From Squalus acanthias (lineage: Eukaryota): DNA of 64,000 nt. Both the position numbers and the translations under genes were made by a program. The stretch is from contig CM059432.1 in assembly GCA_030390025.1 (NCBI GenBank), positions 77,874,001 through 77,938,000 on the forward strand, read 5' to 3'. The notes beneath the pieces were generated by a model. It was not told the origin of the DNA. It saw nothing but the letters and a program-made list of their open reading frames with translations, and made no database searches. Of this stretch, positions 37,344-47,365 are shown piece by piece (within the stretch, counting starts at the first letter, position 1; each line of letters begins with the position of its first letter).

Positions 37344-38722
37344 ATTGTCTTCTTGAACCAGCACACCGCCGCCCCCCCCCCCCCCCATGCAATATGTCAG
37401 AAATGCAGCACTTATTCACAAGTGCAGAAAAACACATTCACAATTTGTGTCACCGAATTAAAAACATAAAGCAGGAAAAGCTATGATTTAACAGAAATAA
37501 ACATTCATCTTTCTTCCTGGACAAGAGAACCAATCAGATTGACTTGGAAACTAATATAGAGACATAAGATGTTAATTTACAAATTTCGCTTCTAATGTTT
37601 TTCTCTCAAAACATTCTCCACAATATTAATCCCTGTTCTTATCACGAACAGTGTTGAATTATTTTAGGTACTTCACAATTAAATAGCAGGAAGCAAACTT
37701 CATTGTACAGTACTCTCAATTTTTAATCTCCTATTTCAAACATTTATACCAAATCGAAATCGTACATCATCAGTTTAATCAAAGTATTTTCTGTGTCTTT
37801 CGCAATAAACAAATAGTGGTTTCTTCTAAAGTAGCTTCTTGCAATTTTTATACATCATTACATAACTCTTGTTTCTATTAATACTCCACTAAACATTTAA
37901 GAGGAAATCTATATTTACATTATTCCTGGGACTTGTTCGGACTATAGAACGACAGACAAAATTAAATGGTTTGTGTTTTTCCCCTTTTTTGGTTCTCTTC
38001 CTAAACATCTTAATGATTCTTTTTAAATCAATAAAAAGTAATATGCAACTCCTACAAATCCTCCCCTGCCCTCCCCGTCCTCAACAGCATGGTTGCATGT
38101 TTGTGTAAAGCTACTCACTTCAGTCGATCGTTCAAAATCAAATATTGAGAAATTTCAATTTTAAAATGTTTTAAGCAATTCAGAGCCTCTTTAAAAGCAT
38201 TTGGATTTCAAGACCTGGTTGAAACTTGAGGGGAAATTTGATTATTGTTTGTTTCTTCCAAAATCATATTCAAAGCTTAGGGGGGAAAAAGTGTTTTTAT
38301 CACTAATTTTTATGTGAAAAGTTCACTGAAAAGCTTTAAATTCTTTCCAGTCTCCTTGCAGCTTTGACAGAAGAAGTTGCTCCAAGTTTTTCTTTCCCTC
38401 TTCAACACTGTCGTTAAACATACAACAAAAAAATAATAAAACTCGAATTTCAAACGGAGCTCAAATAAGAAAGTGAATAAAGTGGTTAAACTTCCTAAGA
38501 AGGCGGTGAGGTTATCTATCCCCAGCCTTGGCGATGAGTTGCGATCAGTTTTGGAGAAGTTGTTTCCTCTTTTTCTGCTGCCGTTCCCTCCGTCTCTCAC
38601 AGACTCTGAGGTACAAACAGGGGCACAAACTTCTTCCCCCTCTCTCACAACATGATTTAAATAACCCTAATAAACTCTTTCAAAAAGGGGACAACACCTG
38701 GCAAAATTTAACTGGAACTTAC

Positions 38723-38940
38723 CGCGGGACATTCAACATCACTTTCCCGTATTTTTTTCCGGCTTTAAACAATTTTCCGACTATTTAAAAAACAATTTCA
38801 CCACAGGCCTAAAAATTGTTTGCTTTAGCCTCCTTCTAGCGGCCATTGTACATGTGCTGCGCCTCCATCTGTGTTGTTACAAAGTGCGGCCGCTGCTCAG
38901 TCCCCAGGAATGGATTACACGCGCCTGGAGTGGACCCTCA
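38723..38940 (-). promoter_or_regulatory. Candidate CpG-rich alternative first exon / promoter region of PDE7A
   Basis: Local CpG retention (gcggccgc, gcgcc) and a strong minus-strand donor GCG|GTAAGT at 38722. No in-frame ATG for exon 2. Confidence 0.3.
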
Positions 38941-38987
38941 CCCCTCCCTCTCTTTCTCTCTCTCTCCTCGTCTCCCTCCGTCCCGGT

Positions 38988-39028
<41 letters not shown>

Positions 39029-42000
39029 CCCCCTCGTCTCCCTCTGTCCCAGTCTCTCTCTCTCTCGTCTCCCCTCGTCTCAGTCACTCTCCCTCTGCCC
39101 AGTCTCTCTCCCTCTCTCATGTCCCTCCGTCCTAGTCTCTCTCCTCGTCGCCGTCTCAGTCTCTCTCCCTCCCTCCCCGTCCCTCTCTCACTCCCCGTCC
39201 CTCTCTCCCTCCCCGTCTCCGTCCCTCTCTCCCTCCCTCTCCCTCCATCCCAGTCTCTCTCTCTCTCTTCGTCCCCCTCCGTCTCTCCAGGCGCATGGAG
39301 TGGACCCTCCCCCTCCGTCCCAGCCTCTCTCCCCCCTCCGTCTCCGTCCCAGCCTCTCTCCCCCCTCCCTCTCCGTCCCAGCCTCTCTCCCCCCTCCCCC
39401 TCCGTCCCAGCCACCCTCCCCCTCCGTCCCAGCCACCCTCCCCCTCCGTCCCAGCCACCCTCCCCCTCCGTCCCAGCCACCCTCCCCCCTCCCTCTCCGT
39501 CCCAGCCTCTCTTCCCCCTCCCTCTCCGTCCCAGCCTCTCTTCCCCCTCCCCCTCCGTCCCAGCCCCCCTCCCCCCTCGGCCCAGCCTCTCTCCCCCCTC
39601 CCCCTCCGGCCCAGCCTCTCTCCCCCCTCCCCCTCCGGCCCAGCCTCTCTCCCCCCTCCCCCTCCGTCCCAGCCTCTCTCCCCCCTCCCCCTCCGTCCCA
39701 GCCTCTCTCCCCCCTCCCCCTCCGTCCCAGCCTCTCTCCCCCCTCCCCCTCCGTCCCAGCCTCTCTCCCCCCTCCCCCTCCGTCCCAGCCTCTCTCCCCC
39801 CTCCCCCTCCGTCCCAGCCTCTCTCCCCCCTCCCCCTCCGTCCCAGCCTCTCTCCCCCCTCCCCCTCCGTCCCAGCCTCTCTCCCCCCTCCCCCTCCGTC
39901 CCAGCCTCTCTCCCCCCTCCCCCTCCGTCCCAGCCTCTCTCCCCCCTCCCCCTCCGTCCCAGCCTCTCTCCCCCCTCCCCCTCCGTCCCAGCCTCTCTCC
40001 CCCCTCCCCCTCCGTCCCAGCCTCTCTCCCCCCTCCCCCTCCGTCCCAGCCTCTCTCCCCCCTCCCCCTCCGTCCCAGCCTCTCTCCCCCCTCCCCCTCC
40101 GTCCCAGCCTCTCTCCCCCCTCCCCCTCCGTCCCAGCCTCTCTCCCCCCTCCCCCTCCGTCCCAGCCTCTCTCCCCCCTCCCCCTCCGTCCCAGCCTCTC
40201 TCCCCCCTCCCCCTCCGTCCCAGCCTCTCTCCCCCCTCCCCCTCCGTCCCAGCCTCTCTCCCCCCTCCCCCTCCGTCCCAGCCTCTCTCCCCCCTCCCCC
40301 TCCGTCCCAGCCTCTCTCCCCCCTCCCCCTCCGTCCCAGCCTCTCTCCCCCCTCCCCCTCCGTCCCAGCCTCTCTCCCCCCTCCCCCTCCGTCCCAGCCT
40401 CTCTCCCCCCTCCCCCTCCGTCCCAGCCTCTCTCCCCCCTCCCCCTCCGTCCCAGCCTCTCTCCCCCCTCCCCCTCCGTCCCAGCCTCTCTCCCCCCTCC
40501 CCCTCCGTCCCAGCCTCTCTCCCCCCTCCCCCTCCGTCCCAGCCTCTCTCCCCCCTCCCCCTCCGTCCCAGCCTCTCTCCCCCCTCCCCCTCCGTCCCAG
40601 CCTCTCTCCCCCCTCCCCCTCCGTCCCAGCCTCTCTCCCCCCTCCCCCTCCGTCCCAGCCTCTCTCCCCCCTCCCCCTCCGTCCCAGCCTCTCTCCCCCC
40701 TCCCCCTCCGTCCCAGCCTCTCTCCCCCCTCCCCCTCCGTCCCAGCCTCTCTCCCCCCTCCCCCTCCGTCCCAGCCTCTCTCCCCCCTCCCCCTCCGTCC
40801 CAGCCTCTCTCCCCCCTCCCCCTCCGTCCCAGCCTCTCTCCCCCCTCCCCCTCCGTCCCAGCCTCTCTCCCCCCTCCCCCTCCGTCCCAGCCTCTCTCCC
40901 CCCTCCCCCTCCGTCCCAGCCTCTCTCCCCCCTCCCCCTCCGTCCCAGCCTCTCTCCCCCCTCCCCCTCCGTCCCAGCCTCTCTTCCCCCTTCACCCTCT
41001 CTCTTTCCCCCTTCACCCTCTCTCTCTCCCCCCTCACCCTCTCTCTCTCCCCCCGCCTCTCTCCCCCCCTCACCCTCTCTCTCTCCCCCCCTCACCTCCT
41101 CTCTCCCCCCTCCACCCTCTCTCTCTCCCCCCTCACCTCCTCTCTCCCCCCCTCACCCTCTCTCTCTCCCCCCTCACCCTCTCTCTCTCCCCCCTCACCC
41201 TCTCTCTCTCCCCCCTCACCCTCTCACTCTCCCCCCTCACCCTCTCACTCTCCCCCCCTCACCCTCTCACTCTCCCCCCTCACCCTCTCTCTCTCCCCCT
41301 CACCCTCTCTCTCTCCTCCCCCCTCACCCTCTCTCTCTCCCCCCTCACCCTCTCTCTCTCCCCCCCCCTCCCCTCTCTCTCCCCCCCCCCCTCTCTCTCT
41401 CTCTCCCCCCTCCCTCTCTCTCTCTCCCCCTCCCTCTCTCTCTCCCCCCCTCCCTCTCTCTCTCTCCCCCCCCTCTCTCTCTCCTCCCCCCCTCTCTCTC
41501 TCCCCCCCCCTCTCTCTCTCTCCCCCCCCCCTCTCTCTCTCCCCCCCCCGCTCTCTCTCTCTCCCCCCCTCCTCTCTCTCTCCCCCCCTCCCTCTCTCTC
41601 CCCCCCTCCCTCTCTCTCCCCCCCTCCTCTCTCTCTCCCCCCCTCCCTCTCTCTCCCTCCCCCCTCCCTCTCTCTCTCTCCCCTCCCTCTCTCTCTCTCC
41701 CTCCCTCTCTCTCTCTCCCCCTCCCTCTCCTCTCTCTCCCCCCCTCCCTCTCTCTCTCCCCCCCCCCTCCCTCTCTCTCTCCCCCCCCCTCCCTCTCTCT
41801 CTCCCCCCCCTCTCTCTCTCTCCCCCCCCTCCCTCTCTCTCTCTCCCCCCCTCCCCCTCTCTCCCTCCCCCCCTCCCTCTCTCTCTCTCCCTCCCCCTCC
41901 CCTCTCTCCCTCCCCCCCTCCCTCCCTCTCTCTCTCTCCCTCCCCCCCCTCTCTCCCTCCCCCCCCCCTCCCTCTCTCTCTCCCCCCCCTCCTCTCTCTC

Positions 42001-45000
42001 TCTCCCCCCCCCTCCTCTCTCTCTCTCCCCCCCTCCCTCTCTCTCCCCCCCTCCCTCTCTCCCTCCCCCCCTCTCTCCCTCCCCCCTCCCTCTCTCCCTC
42101 CCCCCCTCACTCCCTCCCCCCTCTCTCCCTCCCCCTCCCTCTATCCCTCCCCCCCCCCTCTCTCTCTCTCCCTCCCCCTCCCTCTCTCCCTCCCCCCCCT
42201 CCCTCCCTCTCTCTCCCTCCCCCCCTCTCTCTCCCTCCCCCCTCTCTCACCTCCCCCCCCTCCCCCCTCTCTCTCTCTCCCCCCCTCCCTCTCTCTCTCT
42301 CCCCCCCTCCCTCTCTCTCTCTCCCCCCCCTCCCTCTCCCTCCCCCCCTCCCTCTCTCTCTCCCCCCTCTCTCTCTCTCTCCTCCCCCTCCCCCCCCTCT
42401 CTCCCCCTCCCCCCCCCCCTCTCTCTCTCTCCCCCCTCCCTCTCTCCCCTCCCCCCCCCCTCCCCTCTCCCTCCTCTCCCCCCCCCCCCCTCTCTCTCTT
42501 CCCCCTCTCCCCCCTCTCTCCCCTCCCCCTCTCCTCTCTCTTCCCCCCCTCTCTCTCTCTCCCCTATATCTCCCTCCCCTCTCTCTCTCCTCCCCCTCTC
42601 TCCCCCCCTCAACCTCTCTCCTCCTCCCCCCGCTCTCTCCCCCCGCCTCTCTCCCCCCTCACCCTCTCTCTCTCCCCTCCTCCTCTCTCCTCCCCCCCCC
42701 TCTCCCCCGCCCAGTCCCTCTCTCTCTCTCCGCCCCCCCCCAGTCCCTCTCTCTCTCCTCTCCCGCCCCAGTCTCTCTCTCTCCCCCCGCCCCATCTCTC
42801 TCTCTCTCTCCCCCCGCCCCAGTCTCTCTCTCTCTCCCCCCGCCCAGTCTCTCTCTCTCTCCCCCCGCCCCAGTCTCTCTCTCTCTCTCCCCCCGCCCCA
42901 GTCTCTCTCTCTCTCCCCCTCTCTCTCTCTCCCCCCGCCCCAGTCTCTCTCTCTCTCCCCCCGCCCCAGTCTCTCTCTCTCCCCCGCCCCAGTCTCTCTC
43001 TCTCTCCCCCCCCCGTCCTCTCTCTCTCTCCCCCCGCCCCAGTCTCTCTCTCTCTCCCCCCCCCCAGTCTCTCTCTCCTCTCCCCCCGCCCCAGTCTCTC
43101 TCTCTCTCCCCCCCCCCAGTCTCTCTCTCTCTCCCCCCGCCCCAGTCTCTCTCTCTCTCCCCCCCCCCAGTCTCTCTCTCTCTCCCCCCGCCCCAGTCTC
43201 TCTCTCTCTCCCCCCGCCCCAGTCTCTCTCTCTCTCCCCCCGCCCCAGTCTCTCTCTCTCTCCCCGCCCCAGTCTCTCTCTCTCTCCTCCCCGCCCCAGT
43301 CTCTCTCTCTCTCTCCCCCCCCCCAGTCTCTCTCTCTCTCCCCCCGCCCCAGTCTCTCCTCTCTCCCCCCCGCCCCAGTCTCTCTCTCTCTCCCCCGCCC
43401 CAGTCTCTCTCTCTCTCCCCCGCCCCAGTCTCTCTCTCTCTCCCCCCCCCCAGTCTCTCTCTCTCTCTCCCCCCCGCCCCAGTCTCTCTCTCTCTCCCCC
43501 CCCCAGTCTCTCTCTCTCTCCCCGCCCAGTCTCTCTCTCTCTCCCCCCGCCCCAGTCTCTCTCTCTCTCCCCCCGCCCCAGTCTCTCTCTCTCTCCCCCG
43601 CCCCAGTCTCTCTCTCTCTCCCCCGCCCCAGTCTCTCTCTCTCTCCCCCCGCCCCATCTCTCTCTCCCCCCGCCCCATCTCTCTCTCCCCCCGCCCCATC
43701 TCTCTCTCTCTCCCCCCCCCCAGTCTCTCTCTCTCTCCCGCCAGTCTCTCTCTCTCTCCCCCCCGCCCCAGTCTCTCTCTCTCTCCCCCGCCCCAGTCTC
43801 TCTCTCTCTCCCCCCCGCCCCAGTCTCTCTCTCTCTCTCTCCCCCCGCCCCAGTCTCTCTCTCTCTCCCCCCGCCCCAGTCTCTCTCTCTCTCCCCCCGC
43901 CCCCAGTCTCTCTCTCTCTCCCCCCGCCCCAGTCTCTCTCTCTCTCCCCCCGCCCCAGTCTCTCTCTCTCTCCCCCCGCCCCAGTCTCTCTCTCTCTCCC
44001 CCCGCCCCAGTCTCTCTCTCTCTCCCCCCGCCCCAGTCTCTCTCTCTCTCCCCCCGCCCCAGTCTCTCTCTCTCTCCCCCCGCCCCAGTCTCTCTCTCTC
44101 TCCCCCCGCCCCAGTCTCTCTCTCTCTCCCCCGGCCCCAGTCTCTCTCCTCACTCCCCCCGCCCCAGTCTCTCTCTCTCTCCCCCCGCCCCAGTCTCTCT
44201 CTCTCTCCCCCCGCCCCAGTCTCTCTCTCTCTCCCCCCGCCCCAGTCTCTCTCTCTCTCCCCCCCCCCAGTCTCTCTCTCTCTCCCCCCGCCCCAGTCTC
44301 TCTCTCTCTCCCCCGCCCGTCTCTCTCTCCCCCGCCCGTCTCTCTCTCCCCCGCCGCAGTCCCTCGCTCTCTCCTCCCCGCCCCAGTCTCTCGCTCTCTC
44401 CCCCGCCCCAGTCTCTCGCTCTCTCCCCCGCCCCAGTCTCTCTCTCTCCCGCCCCAGTCTCTCGCTCTCTCCCCCGCCCCAGTCTCTCGCTCTCTCTCTC
44501 GCCCGCCCCAGTCTCTCTCTCTCTCGCCCCCCCAGTCTCTCTCTCTCGCCCCCCCAGTCTCTCTCTCTCGCCCGCCCCAGGCTCTCTCTCTCTCTCCCGC
44601 CCAGGCTCTCTCTCTCTCTCTCTCCCGCCCCAGGCTCTCTCTCTCTCTCTCTCCCCCCCAGTCTCTCCTCTCTCTCTCGCCCCGCCCCAGTCTCTCGCTC
44701 TCTCTCTCGCCCGCCCCAGTCTCTCGCTCCCCCGCCCCAGTCTCTCGCTCCCCCGCCCCAGTCTCTCTCTCTCTCTCTCTCGCCCAGTCTCTCTCTCTCT
44801 CTCTCGCCTGCCCAGTCTCTCTCTCTCTCTCCCCGCCCAGTCTCTCTCTCTCTCTCCCCCGCCCCAGTCTCTCTCTCTCTCTCCCCCGCCCCAGTCTCTT
44901 TCTCCCCCGCCCCAGTCTCTCTCTCCCCCGCCCAGTCTCTCTCTCTCTCGCCTGCCCCAGTCTCTCTCTCGCTCCCCCGCCCAGTCTCTCTCTCTCTCTC

Positions 45001-46220
45001 CCCCGCCCCCAGTCTCTCTCTCTCTCTCCCCCGCCCCAGTCTCTCTCTTTCCCCCGCCCCGTCTCTCTCCCCCGCCGCAGTCACTCGCTCTCTCCCCCGC
45101 CCCAGTCTCTCTCTCCCCCGCCCCAGATCTCTCTCTCTCTCTCCCCCGCCCCAGTCTCTCGCTCTCTCTCTCGCCCGCCCCAGTCTCTCGCTCTCTCTCT
45201 CTCCGCCCCGCCCCAGTCTCTCTCGCTCTCTCTCGCCCGCCCGCCCCAGTCTCTCTCGCTCGCCCGCCCCAGTCTCTCGCTCTATCTCTCGGCCCGTCTC
45301 TCTCTCCCCCGCCGCAGTCACTCGCTCTCTCCCCCGCCCCAGTCTCTCTCTCTCTCTCGCCCGCCCCAGTCTCTCTCTCTCTCCCCCGCCCCAGTCTCTC
45401 TCTCTCTCCCCCGCCCCAGTCTCTCTCTCCCCCGCCCCAGTCACTCGCTCTCTCCCCCGCCCCAGTCTCTCGCTCTCTCCCCTGCCCCAGTCTCTCGCTC
45501 TCTCTCTCGCCCGCCCCAGTCTCTCTCTCTCGCCCGCCCCAGTCTCTCTCTCTCTCGCCCGCCCGTCTCTCTCTCTCGCCCGCCCCAGTCTCTCGCTCTC
45601 TCTCTCGCCCGCCCCAGTCTCTCTCTCTCTCTCGCCCGCCCCAGTCTCTCTCTCTCTCTCTCGCCCGCCCCAGTCTCTCTCTCTCTCTCTCGCCCGCCCC
45701 AGTCTCTCTCTCTCTCTCTCGCCCGCCCCAGTCTCTCTCTCTCTCTCTCGCCCGCCCCAGTCTCTCTCTCTCTCTCCCCCGCCCCAGTCTCTCTCTCTCT
45801 CTCCCCCGCCCCAGTCTCTCTCTCTCTCTCCCCCGCCCGTCTCTCTCTCTCTCGCCTGCCCCAGTCTCTCTCTCTCTCCCCCCTCTCTCTTCCTCCCTCC
45901 CCCTCTCTCTCTCCCTCCCTCCCCCTCTCTCTCTCCCTCCCCCCCGTCTCTCTCTCTCCCTCCCTCCCCCCCGTCTCTCTCTCTCCCTCCCTCCCCGTCT
46001 CTCTCTCTCCCTCCCTCCCAGTCTCTCTCTCTCCCTCCCTCCCAGTCTCTCTCTCTCCCTCCCTCCCCCCCCCCAGTCTCTCTCTCTTCCCTTCCTCCCC
46101 CCCCAGTCTCTCTCTCTTCCCTTCCCCCAGTCTCTCTCTCTCCCTCCCTCCCAGTCTCTCTCTCTCCCTCCCTCCCCCCCCCCCCAGTCTCTCTCTCTTC
46201 CCTTCCCCCAGTCTCTCTCT
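38940..46220. repeat. 7.3-kb C/T-rich low-complexity and minisatellite tract
   Basis: Plus strand is almost purely pyrimidine. Sub-domains: a 29-mer array, irregular (CT)n/Cn, and ccccgccccagt(ct)n units. Confidence 0.97.
39650..40983. repeat. Homogeneous 29-bp minisatellite (ccgtcccagcctctctcccccctccccct), ~46 copies
   Basis: Period of 29 read directly. Gives a 29-aa periodicity in the ORF track (3 x 29 nt). Confidence 0.95.
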
Positions 46221-46936
46221 GAAGAGGGCCACAAAGTCATTGGTGTTTTTAATAATAAATAAAAACAGAAAATGCTGGAAATACTCAGCAGGTCAGGCAG
46301 CATCTGTGGAGAGAGAAACAGAGTTAACGGGCTCGATTCTGCCATTGGGGGCGGGCTGGGGCGTGTCAGGTGGTTTTCGTGTCAGGACCCCAACTCCGAC
46401 ATGAAGTGGGAAAAAAGTGCGATTTTGCCCTAACTGGTCACTTGAATTCCAGCGTGTGGGAACCCCTGGTCCAATTAGTCTTTTCATACAGAAAGTCGCC
46501 TCCGATGACATCATCAATGCTGCTGGATTTAAGGCCTGCAAGCAGCCTTACTTCTTCTGGAGACTTTGAACTTTATGCCCATTGTTGTGATCGCTTCATT
46601 CAGCAACTATGTGCTCCAACAGTGTGCTCCAAGGTTTGATGAGGCCTCCCTCCAAGCTCTGGTGGAGGGAGCAAGATCAAATAAGGAGGTGCTCTTCCCT
46701 TCCTCAGGGAGGAAAAAACCTCCCCAGCAGACTAAAGCTATGTGGATGCAAGTGGCCCACGAGGTCAACTCAATCTCTATGTGCCGCAGATCCTGGCTGC
46801 AGTGCAGGAAGAGGTTTCATGACCTTCTCCGCACAGGAAGAGTATGACTTTCCCACCACCCTCAATCTGATCCCCATCGCCTCTCCTCACCAGCACTCTG
46901 CTTTGCCAACCTCTTCCTCCACATCCCACTTGACAC

Positions 46937-47365
46937 TGATGTGGAGATGCCGGTGTTGGACTGGGGTGGACAAATGTGAGAAGTCGCACAACACCAGGTT
47001 ATAGTCCAACAGCTTTATTTGAATTCACAAGCTTTTGGAGCACTGCTCCTTCATCAGGTGTGATTTCCAGCAAAAAATGTGTTTTGTTTTCCATACAGAC
47101 CCCAGCATCTGCCACATTGTCTTTGATGTAATGTTTTCCTGACTGACCTGTTTGGACACCATCCACACCTTTGATTGCCGTGATTATCTCTCTGCCGAGG
47201 TGTGATAAAGGGCAGTTGGAAAGATTAACTGTAATCATCTGGCAGTGTTGTCTGACTATATATGCTGTGCCTATATGCATCGCATCACTTCACTTCACCT
47301 GACGAAGGAGCAGCGCTCCGAAAGCTTGTGATTTCAAATATAACCTGGTGTTGTGCGACTTCTCA
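46937..47365. mobile_element. PLE family 2 inverted-repeat insertion in intron 1 of the Myb gene
   Basis: 10-bp TSD cacttgacac. Inverted arms, each with a hammerhead motif. Confidence 0.82.
47295..47331 (+). ncRNA. Minimal type I hammerhead ribozyme motif (PLE family 2)
   Basis: UCAC-CUGACGA-A-GGAGC(AGC)GCUCC-GAAAG-CUU-GUGA: intact core, stem I UCAC/GUGA, palindromic AG|CU stem III. Confidence 0.82.

Noticed and set aside
38113..38270. Minus-strand gtgagt donor as a coding exon end
   Set aside because: The frame compatible with exon 2 has a nearby stop and no ATG, and there is no similarity to PDE7A.
39650..40983. 29-bp repeat array as a CRISPR
   Set aside because: Head-to-tail repeats without unique spacers, no cas genes, eukaryotic context.
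38846..46404. 2,400-aa Pro/Ser/Leu ORFs and Gly/Glu/Arg antisense ORFs
   Set aside because: Open in all frames because the C/T tract cannot form stop codons. These are low-complexity artefacts, not extensin-like genes.
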